A DNA stretch of 64,000 nucleotides from an uncultured Actinomycetota bacterium (GTDB taxonomy: Bacteria > Actinomycetota > Thermoleophilia > RBG-16-64-13), in the NCBI GenBank assembly GCA_963843455.1, contig CAWJKE010000006.1, forward strand, positions 5,510-69,509, in the 5' to 3' direction. Under the pieces are notes generated by a model. It was not told the DNA's origin and ran no database searches. It saw nothing but the letters and a program-made list of their open reading frames with translations. Of this stretch, positions 27,970 to 38,569 are shown in pieces; the stretch's first letter is position 1; every line of letters starts with the position of its first letter. The translations under genes were made by a program, and so were the position numbers.

Positions 27970-28800
27970 ATGAGTCCGAGAAGACGAAAGCAGTTTGCTC
28001 AGTCCGGCCCGGCTTTCGCCGAGCGGTACGGCCCTTGGGCGCTGATTGCAGGAGCTTCCGAGGGCTTGGGTGCCGCCTACGCCGGCGCGCTTGCCCGGCG
28101 TGGCCTCAATCTCGTCCTCGTCTCGCGGCGAAAAGCGCTCCTCGACGACCTTGCCGAGGGTCTGCACGGCGCACATGGTGTGGAGGTTCTGGCGCTGGAC
28201 GGAGATCTGGGGGAGCGGCACTTCCTGGAAAGTGTCCAGGATGCCTGCTCCGGGCTGGAAGTCGGCCTGGTCGTCTACAACGCGGCCCACGCCCCCATCG
28301 GCGAGTTCGCCTCGGCTCCGCTTGAGGATCTGTTGCGGGTGGCCGCGGTGAACATCCGGGCGCCCGTGGCGCTGGTTCGGGGGCTATTGCCCGGCATGAC
28401 CGAGCGCGGCCGGGGCGGCGTCATCCTCATGACCTCTCTGGCCGGCAACCAGGGCTCGCCCTATATCGCCACCTACGCGGCAAGCAAGGCCTTCAACCGG
28501 GTGCTGGCGGAGGGCCTGTGGTACGAACTGAAGAACAAGGGCGTGGATGTGGTCGCCTGCTGCGCCGGTGCGGTGCGTACACCAGGTTACGTGGAGGCGG
28601 CGGCGGGCAAAGATGCCCCAGGTACGCTCGATCCCGACGAAGTGGTCGAGCAGGCGCTGTGGGCGCTGGGTCGCGGGCCGGTGGTGATCCCCGGGTACGT
28701 CAATCGAATGGCTAGCATTTTCATGACCCGGCTGCTGCCCCGCCGTAGAGCCATTTCCATCATGGCGCGTAACACAGCCGATCTCAAGGACGTCCCATGA
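27970..28800 (+). CDS. short-chain dehydrogenase/reductase (SDR) family oxidoreductase
   Basis: GASEGLGAAYAGALARRGLNLVLVSRR cofactor motif, NAAH...Y-x3-K (YAASKAF) catalytic motif; ATG 27970 (or 27955). Confidence 0.8.
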   Translation: MSPRRRKQFAQSGPAFAERYGPWALIAGASEGLGAAYAGALARRGLNLVLVSRRKALLDDLAEGLHGAHGVEVLALDGDLGERHFLESVQDACSGLEVGLVVYNAAHAPIGEFASAPLEDLLRVAAVNIRAPVALVRGLLPGMTERGRGGVILMTSLAGNQGSPYIATYAASKAFNRVLAEGLWYELKNKGVDVVACCAGAVRTPGYVEAAAGKDAPGTLDPDEVVEQALWALGRGPVVIPGYVNRMASIFMTRLLPRRRAISIMARNTADLKDVP

Positions 28801-29882
28801 CCGACTTCGCTGCCGGTTTCTTCGCCCCGTGGATCATCTACGCGGTGATTCTCGCGCTCCACCTGGCGTTGCCCGCGCGGAAGGTCGAGGGCTACGTCAT
28901 CGACTCGACCACCGGCGCGCCGCTGCGCTACCGGCTCAACGGCCCCCTGGTCCTCGTCTCCTTGGTACTGGTCTGGGTGATCCTCGGTCTCGCCGGCATC
29001 TTCGCCTGGGATTGGCTGTGGACCCACCGCTGGCCGGGACTGATCGGCTCCGCGACACTCGGAGTGCTCTTCAGCCTAGTTGTCGTCCTGACGGCTCCGC
29101 GCACTGGCCGCTCGGTCCTCGCCGATCTGTACTTCGGCCGCTGGGACAATCCGCAATTCTTTGGCCGCCGGGTCGACGTCAAGATGTTCCTCTACCTGAC
29201 CGGTGCCACCATGCTTGCGCTCAATATCCTCTCGTTCACGGCCCACCACGTTCTGGTGTTCGGATCGGCCGCCTCTCCCGGGGTTGGCCTCTACTGTGCC
29301 CTCTTCCTCTGGTTTATCATCGACTATCTCGTCTTCGAGCGGGTCCACCTCTATACGTACGACATCTTCGCGGAGCGCGTGGGGTTCAAGCTCGGCTGGG
29401 GCTGCTTCACCTTCTATCCGTATTTCTACGCCGCGGGGCTCTGGGCCGTGGCCGATAGACCCGACCCGGGTACATCCTGGTGGCTTCTTGTGATCTACGC
29501 CGTCATATTTTTCGTCGGGTGGACCCTCTCGCGGGGGGCGAACATGCAGAAGTACACCTTCAAGCGCGATCCAGGACAGGTCTTCCTGGGCTTCATGAGG
29601 CCGCGCGTTCTGACGGATGGGAAGAATGCTCTGCTCTCCAGCGGATTCTGGTCCGTGTCCCGGCACGTGAACTACCTGGGGGAGATCCTCATGGCCGCGG
29701 GTCTGACCCTGGTCTTGGGCTATCCCGGCTACTGGGTGGTGTGGCTCTATCCGCTGTACTACGTAGCGTTGCTCTTCCCGCGCGAGCGAGCCGATGAGCG
29801 GCGCTGCGCCGCCAAGTACGGCGAATTGTGGACGGAGTACGAGCGACGGGTACCGCGGCGGATCATCCCGTGGCTGTACTGA
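28797..29882 (+). CDS. ERG4/ERG24 (C-14 sterol reductase / 7-dehydrocholesterol reductase) family membrane reductase homolog
   Basis: 361 aa. N-terminal LPARKVEGYVIDSTTGAPLRYRLNG matches the LPGK..G..L...LKYRING motif of sterol reductases. C-terminal SRHVNYLGEIL...LFPRERADERRCAAKYGELWTEYERRVPRRIIPWLY matches the RHPNY...RDEx-C-xxKYG-xxW-xxY-xxVPYRIIP-xIY signature. Start overlaps SDR stop (ATGA). Confidence 0.7.
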   Translation: MTDFAAGFFAPWIIYAVILALHLALPARKVEGYVIDSTTGAPLRYRLNGPLVLVSLVLVWVILGLAGIFAWDWLWTHRWPGLIGSATLGVLFSLVVVLTAPRTGRSVLADLYFGRWDNPQFFGRRVDVKMFLYLTGATMLALNILSFTAHHVLVFGSAASPGVGLYCALFLWFIIDYLVFERVHLYTYDIFAERVGFKLGWGCFTFYPYFYAAGLWAVADRPDPGTSWWLLVIYAVIFFVGWTLSRGANMQKYTFKRDPGQVFLGFMRPRVLTDGKNALLSSGFWSVSRHVNYLGEILMAAGLTLVLGYPGYWVVWLYPLYYVALLFPRERADERRCAAKYGELWTEYERRVPRRIIPWLY

Positions 29883-29984
29883 CGCCGTGTGCAACGGGTC
29901 GATTCAACGCGCCAAGGCGCCGAGTGAATTGAAGCTGGAGAGGGAACATCCGTAGCGAGCATCGCGCGGGAAGGGAGAAAGACA

Positions 29985-31448
29985 ATGAGTGACGACCAAA
30001 AGAAGCTGACCACCAATTTCGGGGTGCCGGTCCCCAACAATCAGGACAGCATGACCGCGGGGCCGCGGGGACCGATGCTGCTGCAGGACGTCTGGTTCCT
30101 GGAGAAGCTGGCCAATTTCGACCGGGAGGTGATACCCGAGCGCCGCATGCACGCCAAAGGCTCCGGCGCCTTCGGCACTTTCACCGTCACCGGCGACATC
30201 ACCAAATACACCAAGGCCAAGCTCTTCTCCGCCGTGGGCAAGAAGACCGACCTCTTCGTACGTTTCTCGACCGTGGCTGGCGAGCGCGGGGCCGCCGACG
30301 CCGAGCGCGACATCCGCGGCTTCGCGGTGAAGCTCTACACCGAGGAAGGCAACTGGGACCTGGTGGGAAACAACACCCCGGTCTTCTTTTTCCGCGATCC
30401 ACTGAAGTTCCCCGACCTCAACCACGCGGTCAAGCGCGATCCTCGTACCAACATGCGCAGCGCGCAGAACAACTGGGACTTCTGGAGCTCGCTTCCGGAG
30501 GCGCTTCATCAGATCACCATCGTCATGAGCGACCGCGGCCTCCCCGCCACCTACCGTCACATGCACGGCTTCGGCAGCCACACGTTCAGCCTCATCAATG
30601 CGGCCGGCGAGCGCCACTGGGTCAAGTTCCACTGGGTCTGCCAGCAGGGCATCAAGACCCTCACCGACGACGAGGCCACCGAGATCGTGGGCAAAGATCG
30701 GGAGAGCCACCAGCGCGACCTCTACGAGGCCATCGAGAACAAGGACTTTCCCAAGTGGAAGCTCTGTGTCCAAGTGATGCCCGAGAGAGACGCGGCCACC
30801 TACAAGTTCCACCCCTTCGACCTCACAAAGGTCTGGCTGCACGGCGACTACCCGGTGACAGAAGTCGGCGTGATGGAGCTCAACAAGAACCCCGAGAACT
30901 ACTTCGCGGAGGTGGAGCAGGCCGCGTTCAACCCGGCCAATATCGTGCCGGGCATCGGCTTCTCGCCGGACAAGATGCTGCAGGGGCGCCTGTTCTCCTA
31001 CGGCGATGCTCAACGTTACCGCCTGGGCGTGAACCACCACCTCATCCCCGTCAATCAGGCCCGCTGCCCGGTGCACGGCTTCAGCCGCGATGGGGCCATG
31101 CGAGTGGACGGCAACTACGGGAGCACGTTGCACTACGAGCCCAACAGCTACGGCCTGTGGCAGGAACAACCGGAGTTCGCCGAGCCGCCGCTCGCGATCA
31201 CGGGTGCCGCCGACCGCTGGGACGCCCGCGCGGATGACAGCGACTACTACACGCAGCCGGGCCTGCTCTTCAACCTCATGGGGCCGGAGAAGCAGCGCGT
31301 GCTGTGCGAGAACACCGGACGCAACCTGACCGGGGTGACCAAGGACGTGCAACTTCGCCACATCCGGAACTGCCTCAAGGCCGATCCGGCCTACGGAGAG
31401 GGAGTGGCGGCCGCTCTCGGCATCCCGATGAGCGAGGTCGACGGGTAG
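29985..31448 (+). CDS. katA: catalase (monofunctional haem catalase, small-subunit clade)
   Basis: 487 aa; RERIPERVVHAKG-like [15 protein letters not shown], distal His/Asn and proximal Tyr context, catalase-wide identity. Confidence 0.95.
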   Translation: MSDDQKKLTTNFGVPVPNNQDSMTAGPRGPMLLQDVWFLEKLANFDREVIPERRMHAKGSGAFGTFTVTGDITKYTKAKLFSAVGKKTDLFVRFSTVAGERGAADAERDIRGFAVKLYTEEGNWDLVGNNTPVFFFRDPLKFPDLNHAVKRDPRTNMRSAQNNWDFWSSLPEALHQITIVMSDRGLPATYRHMHGFGSHTFSLINAAGERHWVKFHWVCQQGIKTLTDDEATEIVGKDRESHQRDLYEAIENKDFPKWKLCVQVMPERDAATYKFHPFDLTKVWLHGDYPVTEVGVMELNKNPENYFAEVEQAAFNPANIVPGIGFSPDKMLQGRLFSYGDAQRYRLGVNHHLIPVNQARCPVHGFSRDGAMRVDGNYGSTLHYEPNSYGLWQEQPEFAEPPLAITGAADRWDARADDSDYYTQPGLLFNLMGPEKQRVLCENTGRNLTGVTKDVQLRHIRNCLKADPAYGEGVAAALGIPMSEVDG

Positions 31449-31477
31449 CGCGACCGCAGGTCCTGGCGCCCATGCGC

Positions 31478-32611
31478 CTAGTCGATCGCGGGTGCCTCCA
31501 GCTCGCGCTCTTTCCCCTTCTTCTGTCCGGAAGGACTCATGAAGGTGGAGAGAGCTCGCGTGCTCTCGTAGGATTCGAAGAACAGCAACTTCACCATCAA
31601 CATCAGGGGCACCGACATCAGCGCCCCGACCGGCCCCAGTACCCAAGCCCAGAGAATGAAGGACAGAAAGACGGCCAGCGAAGTAAGACCGGTCCGCTCG
31701 CCCATGAACCGGGGGGCAATGGCGTTGTTGACGAAGCCGTTGATGACGATGACGATGGCCACCACGATGGCGGCGCGCGTGAAGCCGAACTCGAGCAGGG
31801 TGACGAAGAACGGGGGGATGACCGCTAGGACGAAGCCGATATTGGGGATATAGCTGAGAAGGAAGAACATCAGGGCCCACAGCAGGGCGAAGTCGACGCC
31901 GAAGGCGTAGTACACGATCGCCGCAAAGACCGCCGTAAGGATGTTGAGCCAGGTCAACGTGAACAAGAACGTTCGAGTCACGGAGGCGAAGCTGTAGAAG
32001 GCCTGGCCAAGCCTGGGTCCCAAGAGCAGGTCGTCCTGCAGCTTGCGGGGGAACGAGTACACCTCAGCGATCATGAATGCCACTATCAGGATCATGAGGA
32101 ACGCGTTCGAGAGCAACGAGATAAGCAGACGCACCGAGGATGTCACCCACCCGATGACCTTGTCCGGGCGTAGGACGTTGCCCGTGATGCCGCTGATGTC
32201 GATACCGCGATCTGCGGACCAGCTTTGCAGATCAGACGCGATCCGTGTCAGGTTCTCTTGGTAGACCGGGACCTTGGTGTTGATCTGCCCGAGAGAGGTC
32301 GCGATGATGCCTACGAAGAGCGCAGCCACGATCAAGAAGCCCACCAACACGGTCACGAGGGCCGCCCACGGAGGCATCCCCCGGCGCTTGAGCCACTGCA
32401 GGATGGGACTCAGTCCCATGACCACGAACATGGCGAGGAAGATCGGCGCGAGAATGGACCGGGAGTACCTCATGCCGTAGAGCACAATCGTCGTGCACGC
32501 GAGGGTGAAGAGCAGGCCGGAGGGGCGGCCGCGCAGGCCCAGCCCCACGTCACGCGCCCTCGTGCGCCGTCCGTGGCGCGCCCAGGTCGTCTGCCGCAGA
32601 CGCGTCGTCAA
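31478..32611 (-). CDS. AI-2E (PerM/YhhT) family transporter
   Basis: 377 aa, 8 TM; C-terminal LGPVGALMSVPLMLMVKLL is AI-2E family signature. Confidence 0.8.
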   Translation of the reverse strand: MTTRLRQTTWARHGRRTRARDVGLGLRGRPSGLLFTLACTTIVLYGMRYSRSILAPIFLAMFVVMGLSPILQWLKRRGMPPWAALVTVLVGFLIVAALFVGIIATSLGQINTKVPVYQENLTRIASDLQSWSADRGIDISGITGNVLRPDKVIGWVTSSVRLLISLLSNAFLMILIVAFMIAEVYSFPRKLQDDLLLGPRLGQAFYSFASVTRTFLFTLTWLNILTAVFAAIVYYAFGVDFALLWALMFFLLSYIPNIGFVLAVIPPFFVTLLEFGFTRAAIVVAIVIVINGFVNNAIAPRFMGERTGLTSLAVFLSFILWAWVLGPVGALMSVPLMLMVKLLFFESYESTRALSTFMSPSGQKKGKERELEAPAID

Positions 32612-32761
32612 GTTCTTTGTTCTCCTGGCTCATGAGGCGCTCCTTCGTCGCGGGATACTCTGCTATTACCACGCGGCGTTCTCCACACCTCCCTCCGGAT
32701 GTCTCGCGGCTCACGCGCGTCGGCGCGGTGCGCGGAGACGACTTGGGCGGCACCTTGGAGC

Positions 32762-33317
32762 TTAGGACAGGTGCTGGATGAGGATCCTCACGCCTATCCC
32801 GATCAGCACCAGTCCCCCGGCTCTCTCCGCCCACACCCCGAAGCGGTGCCCAAGCCGGCAACCGAACACAGCCCCCACGCCACTGACGATGGCCGCCACT
32901 ACGCCTATGACCACGGCCGGGAACCATATGGAGATGTTGAGGAAGGCAAGGCTGAGTCCCACGGCCAGGGCGTCGATGCTGGTCGCCACTGCGAGCACGA
33001 GCAGGTTCCACCCCCGGGTGGGGTCCTTGGTCGGGGCTTGGTCGTCGCGGAAACGAGTCCCACAGCATCCTGCCGCCGATTATCACCAGCAGGCCGAAGG
33101 CGACCCAGTGATCGATCGCCTGGAAGAATCCCGAGAAGGCGGACCCGGCCAGCCAGCCGATCACCGGCATGGCGAACTGAAAGAAGCCGAAAGCAAGCGC
33201 GACGCGCAACACGAGCCCATACCTGACAATCCCGATCTGGACGCCGCACGCGGTGGACACGGCGAAGGCGTCCATCGAGAGGCCGAGGGCTATCAGGAGG
33301 AGGTAGGGGAAGCTCAT
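32762..33317 (-). pseudogene. mntP: manganese efflux pump MntP, interrupted by a single-nucleotide frameshift near 33045-33055
   Basis: N-half (SFPYLLLIALGLSMDAFAVS...GGRMLWDSF) and C-half (LLVLAVATSIDALAVGLSLAFLNI...LVLIGIGVRILIQHLS) align to MntP in two frames; removing one C in TTTCCGCG joins them as GGRMLWDSFRDDQAPTKDPTRGWNLLVLAVATSIDAL. Confidence 0.7.
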
Positions 33318-33361
33318 AGGCGAGCGGACATCGAGGGGAGCGAGCTAGGCCGCATGCCGCC

Positions 33362-35000
33362 CTAGTGCTCCGTCTGGGCCTGGACCAGGCTGTCTCCGTG
33401 ATACTTGCGCCTCAACGCCGGTTTGTCGATCTTGCCGGTGGCGTTGCGGGGCACCTGGTCGAGAGATGATCGGCGCGGGCGCTTATAGCGAGGGAGGCCG
33501 GAACAGAACTCGAGGATCTCAGCCTCGGTCCGGTGGTGTCCGCGTTTCAACTGGACTATGGCTGCCGCGATCTCGCCCAAGCGTGCGTCGGGCAGGCCGA
33601 TGACGGCGACGTCTTTGACGTCCGGGATGGCGGTGTAGGAAGTCCTCAATCTGGACCGGGTAGATGTTCTCGCCGCCCGTGATGATGACATCCTTCTTGC
33701 GATCCACCAGATGGATGAAGCCGTCCTCATCGGTCCGGGCCATGTCGCCGGTGAGGAGCCAGCCGTCGCGTCATGCACGGTCGCCGTCGCCTCGGGATCG
33801 TTGTAGTAGCTCTTCATGACCCCCGGGCCCTTGACGGCCAGCTCGCCGATGGCACCCGGCTCGACCGGCGCCCCGGAGTCGTCGACGATCATCGTCTGCC
33901 ACTGGTAGCCCGGGATGCCGATGGCTCCGACCTTGTGGACGTTCTCGATGCCCAGGTGGACACACCCAGGACCGACCGATTCGGTGAGCCCGTAGTCGGT
34001 GTCGTACTGGTGGCTGGGGAAGTGCTCCAGCCAGCGGTGAACAAGGCTCGGCGGCACCGGCTGGGCGCCGATGTGCATGAGCCGCCACTGGGCGAGTTCG
34101 TAGTGCGTCAGGCTTTACGTCACCCTGGTCGATGGCCTGGAGGATGTCCTGCACCCAGGGGACGAGCAGCCAGACGATGGTGACCTTTTCGTCGGAGATG
34201 GTCTGAAGGATCCATTCAGGCTTGGTGCCGCGCAGCAACACGCCCTTGCTCCCCGCCAGCAGACTCCCGAACCAGTGCATCTTGCCGCCGGTGTGGTAGA
34301 GCGGGGCGATGCAGAGGAAGTTGTCGTCCCGGTCCTGACCGTGATGGTTCTGCTCCACCTCGGCCGCCGACATCAGGCTGCGATGATCGTGCAGTATCGC
34401 CTTGGGGAAGCCGGTGGTACCGGAGGAGAAATAGAGCGCTCCGTCTTCCTGCTCGGAGATCTCGATGGCGGGGGGCTCTGCTGAACAGCCGGGTGTCACC
34501 TCGCTGTAGCTTTCCGCGAACGTGGGGCAGTCGGCTCCTACGAAGAAACGGGGGTCGAGTCCGGGCATCCGGTCGATCACGGCTTCCACCCGGCCCACGA
34601 ACTCAGGCCCAAAGACGAGGGCCCGGGTCTCGGAGAGCTTCAGACAGTACTCGATCTCCTCCGCCGTATAGCGATAGTTCATCGGCACCGCCACCGCCCC
34701 GGTCTTGAGGATGCCGAAGTAGATCGGGAGCCACTCCAGGCAGTTCATGAGGAGGATCGCCACCTTGTCGCCTCTGCCGATGCCCCTGCTCAGGAGCAGG
34801 TTGGCGAAGCGGTTGGCTCCCTCGTCAAAAAGCCGCCAGGTGATCTCGCGCCGGGAGTATTCGTGCGCATTGGTCTCCATGAGCTCGTACTCCCGCCAGG
34901 TGACCTCACGCTTCTCTTTAACCTCGGGATTGACGCAGACCAAACAAACTTCGTCGCCATAGAGTGCGGCGTTGCGCGAGAGTAGCTCGGTGATGACCAT
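33362..35000 (-). pseudogene. AMP-dependent acyl-CoA synthetase/ligase (long/medium-chain fatty-acid CoA ligase), fragmented by at least 3 frameshifts
   Basis: N-terminal 409-aa ORF carries AMP-binding box YFSSGTTGFPKA; C-terminal pieces (VMKSYYNDPEATA; [23 protein letters not shown]; RPRRSSLDQVPRNATGKIDK) lie in three different frames between 33362 and 34100. Confidence 0.7.
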
Positions 35001-35119
35001 CAGTGGGAATCCCTCCTGGCGTGCTGCGGTCGCGCTATTCTACAGGCTGGAGTGCCCACGCGGTCACTGCGGGGCGCGGGTGGTCGCCCTAAGGGGCGGC
35101 ACCTCGATATACTGATGGC

Positions 35120-35701
35120 ATGCCCGCGTCTTCACCCACGACTCCGAACCAACCCGCGTACCACGAGGTGCAGCGTTTCCGCCAGTGGTGGCTGTGGATG
35201 CTCGTCAGCGGGCCCGCTGTGCTCGCCTGGCTTCCATTCATCCAGCAGATCTTACGGGGAGAGCCGGTCGGTCAGAACCCGGCTCCCGATTGGGTGGTGT
35301 GGCTGCTGTGGCTGCTCATCGGACTGGGATTGCCCTTCCTGTTCGGCCGCCTCCGCCTGGTGCTCGAGGTGACCGATGCGGACGTCCTGATCCGCTATCG
35401 TCCTTTCTCGCGCCGTGCGATCCCTCTCTCCGACATCAGCCGGGTCGAGGCCCGCAGCTACAACGCCGTCAAGGAGTACGGGGGCTGGGGCATCAAGGGT
35501 TGGTCCAAGGAGAAGATGGCCTACAACGTGAGCGGCGGCCGGGGCGCGGAGCTGACGTTGCGCGACGGCAGGCAGGTGATGCTCGGGTCTCAGCGAGCGG
35601 ACGAGTTGGCCGCAGCCATCGAGGCGCGGCTGACGAGGGTGGGTACAGCTCGACTGGGGGGGGCGGCTGGATCTTCGGGCGGCCTCCCGAGCACTTCCTG
35701 A
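35120..35701 (+). CDS. hypothetical membrane protein (two TM helices + PH-like soluble domain)
   Basis: 193 aa ORF with WLWMLVSGPAVLAWLPF and WVVWLLWLLIGLGLPFLF helices; no family recognised. Confidence 0.4.
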   Translation: MPASSPTTPNQPAYHEVQRFRQWWLWMLVSGPAVLAWLPFIQQILRGEPVGQNPAPDWVVWLLWLLIGLGLPFLFGRLRLVLEVTDADVLIRYRPFSRRAIPLSDISRVEARSYNAVKEYGGWGIKGWSKEKMAYNVSGGRGAELTLRDGRQVMLGSQRADELAAAIEARLTRVGTARLGGAAGSSGGLPSTS

Positions 35702-35715
35702 CTCCTGGTCCCACC

Positions 35716-36495
35716 ATGGAATCCCCTGTGGAATCTCAGCACTCCAACGCCGGCCGAAGCTCTGTACTCGCGATCGTCCCCGCCCACAACGAGGCCGGAA
35801 GGGTAGGCGCGGTCGTTACGGCGGTGGCCGCCCAGGGACTGCCTGTCCTCGTGGTCGACGACGGCTCCGTAGACGATACCGGAGCCGAAGCCTCCGCCGC
35901 CGGCGCCCAGGTGCTCCGCCTCGAGCCGAACCGAGGGAAAGGCGGGGCGTTGAAGGCGGGTTTTCACGAGGCCCTCGCCATGAGGACCTCGCCGCAGGGG
36001 AGCGCTTCCGGCTGGGCGGCGTTCCTGACCCTCGACGGCGACGGTCAGCACGACCCGGCCGAGATACCGCAATTCCTCGCGGCCTGGGAGCGCTCGGGCG
36101 CGGATCTCGTCGTCGGCATGCGCGATTACGACCAGATGCCCCCGATCCGCTGGTTCACCAACACCGTCAGCCGCCTACTCTTCTCTAAGGCTCTCGGACG
36201 GGGTATCCCCGACAACCAATCCGGCTACCGCCTCCACACACGCCGCATAGCCGAGGCCGCGCTCGCCAGCGAGGAGCAGGGCTTTGCTTTTGAGGTGGAG
36301 GAGATAGCCATCTGCGTCGGGCGAGGCTATGAGCTGGCGTGGGTGCCGATCAAGACCATCTACGGGACCGAGAAGAGCGACATCAAGCCGTGGACGCACG
36401 TCTCCAGCTTCTTGCGGGTCACCCGCCGCGCGCGCAGCCGGATGAGGGCCGAGCGGCGCGCAAGCGCCCGCTCGACCGAGGCGCCCACCGAGTAG
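35716..36495 (+). CDS. family 2 glycosyltransferase (dolichyl/polyprenyl-phosphate sugar transferase-like)
   Basis: VLAIVPAHNEAGRVGAVV...LVVDDGSVDDT...RGKGGALKAGF GT2 motifs; ATG 35716. Confidence 0.8.
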   Translation: MESPVESQHSNAGRSSVLAIVPAHNEAGRVGAVVTAVAAQGLPVLVVDDGSVDDTGAEASAAGAQVLRLEPNRGKGGALKAGFHEALAMRTSPQGSASGWAAFLTLDGDGQHDPAEIPQFLAAWERSGADLVVGMRDYDQMPPIRWFTNTVSRLLFSKALGRGIPDNQSGYRLHTRRIAEAALASEEQGFAFEVEEIAICVGRGYELAWVPIKTIYGTEKSDIKPWTHVSSFLRVTRRARSRMRAERRASARSTEAPTE

Positions 36496-36563
36496 CCGCA
36501 GCGCCCAGACACGGCTCCCGGGGTGCTAGACTCAGCCGAAATCGACTACCGGGGGTATGTACA

Positions 36564-37419
36564 GTGGAGATCCGGCTGAACGCCAACGCGGCCCAACCAT
36601 TGGCGACCAAAGTCTTCTTCTGCGACGAAGAAGAGTTCGAAGTAGCTTCCGTCATCGTCACCGGAAAGACCGATGCGGTGCTCATCGATGCCCAGTGGAC
36701 GCGCAAGGGCGCCCATCGGCTCATCGCCGAGATCCTGGACACCGGCAAGAACCTGACGACCATCTACCTCACGCACGCTCATCCCGACCACTACTTCGGC
36801 GCCGGTACCATCGCCCAAGCGTTCCCCCAGGCCCGGGTAGTGGCGGTGGCGTCGGAAGCGGAGATGATCAACGCCCAGTTCTTCGGCAAGCTGGAGATCT
36901 GGGAGCAGGTCATCGGGGTCCACAATGTGTGCCGGCAGACCGTGCACGTGGAGTCCCTCACCGAGGACTACATCGAGCTCGAGGGCCAGCGCCTGGAGAT
37001 CATCCCCAAGGTCATCGGCGACATGCGCTACAACACCATGGTCTGGATCCCGTGCATCAAGACGCTGTACGCGAGTGACGTGCTGTTCAACCAGGCCCAT
37101 CCCTTCACCTGTGAAGTCACCGCCGACGAGCGCCAGCAATGGATCAGGGAGATCGACAAGATCGCGGCCATGGGGGCCGAGGTCATCATCCCCGGGCACC
37201 AGAGGCCGGGGATGCTGTTCGACAACAGCGCGCTCGACTTCACGCGGTCCTATCTCGTGGCGACCGAAGAGGAGCTGGCGCGGACCGAACACCGTCGCCG
37301 ACTTCTACTACGCGATGGCGGAGCGCTTCTCGTACGCTCATCTCAACCACCTGAGCAACGAGATGAACGCGAACGTGTTCAAGGGAGACCGCGACTGGCA
37401 CTGGCGCGAAGAGGAGTGA
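36564..37419 (+). CDS. MBL-fold metallo-hydrolase; apparent frameshift about 37283 separates the last about 45 codons
   Basis: LTHAHPDHYFG His motif. The track frame ends ...EELARTEHRRRLLL..., while the -1 frame reads GPNTVADFYYAMAERFSYAHLNHLSNEMNANVFKGDRDWHWREEE* ending 37419. Adding one G to the GCGCGG run joins them. Confidence 0.65.
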
Positions 37420-37555
37420 ATCTCACTGTGGAGTGTCGCCGAGGCTCTCTCTAGATCGACGAAGTACCTAGCGGGGTTCGCCGCCTAAGATTACGCTCGC
37501 CCCGTGTCGGGAATGGTGTCGCCAGCAACGGCTCGAAAGCGACTAGGAGGGCAAG

Positions 37556-38527
37556 ATGCGACCGGCAAAGATCGTAGCGATCGTCATCGGGGCCTTGTTG
37601 ATTCTCGTCGGCGTCGGGGTGTTGGTCCCCGGGATCATCTTGCTGTCGTTCAACGGGTCGTACAGGGATAGTTCCGGCTTCCTCACGACCTCCGACCGCG
37701 CTCTCGCCTCCAGCGGCTACGCACTCGTCACGCCGGACGTGAAGCTGGACCTCGGGTCCGCGGATTGGATCCCCGGCGGAGGATCGGTACAGGTCCGCGC
37801 GACTTCAAGCGGGACGGCTCCTGTCTTCGTCGGCATCGGGCCTACGGACCAGGTGACCGCCTACTTGGGCGGAGTGGCCTACGACGAGGTCACCAACCTC
37901 GGCTTCTTCACCACCTCGGTGGAGTATCGCCACTACGAGGGAGGTGCGCCGCCGACGCCGCCTGGACAGCAGACCTTCTGGGCGGCCAAGCAGGAAGGGC
38001 GGGTACCCAGACCGTGCAGTGGGACGTAACTAGCGGCAACTGGACGGCGGTCCTGATGAACGCTGACGGGAGCGCGCCGGTGAATGCGAGTGTGAGCCTT
38101 GGCGTCCACCTCGGCTTCTCTGCTCCCCCTCGGCATCGGCATGACCGCCTTTGGAGTGGTGCTGCTGGCCATCGGGATCGTTCTGGTGATCCTCGGGGCT
38201 CGTCGGCCGCGGCAGCCCGTCACAGCCGGGTACCCAGGCGGCCCGCCGTATGGGCCGCCGCCTGGGGGTCCGGCCGCCTGGGGTGCAGCCGCCTTATCAG
38301 CAACCGCCCGCGGGGCGTATGCACCGCCGCCCTACCAGTCACCCCCGTATCAAGCGCCGCCTCCAGCGCCCGGTGAGGCCGGCGATCCCGCCTTCTGGGA
38401 TCACGCCTCCGGAAGGGGCTTAGAAAGGACCGGCCAAGGATGCCGAGCTCGAGCCCACGCAGGCTCTGGTCGCCGGCAATGGCTCGCTGTCTCCGGGCAG
38501 ATGAGTCGAGGGGGGCGCGGCCGATAG
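37556..38527 (+). pseudogene. membrane protein (N-terminal TM, extracytoplasmic domain, C-terminal TM + Pro/Gly-rich tail) split by two frameshifts (about 37990 and about 38100)
   Basis: Three consecutive ORFs in three frames read ...QQTFWAAKQEG | TQTVQWDVTSGNWTAVLMNADGSAPVNASVSLGVHL | LLPLGIGMTAFGVVLLAIGIVLVILGARRP...PPYGPPPGGP. The first junction is a G-run (GGGCGGG). Confidence 0.5.
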
Positions 38528-38569
38528 GCCGCGCCCCCCTCTCACATCGCGCTACGCTGTGAAGAGCGG

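Noticed and set aside
31465-31478. Terminator hairpin GGCGC-CCAT-GCGCC after catalase
   Set aside because: Only a 5-bp stem with no U tract; too weak to call.
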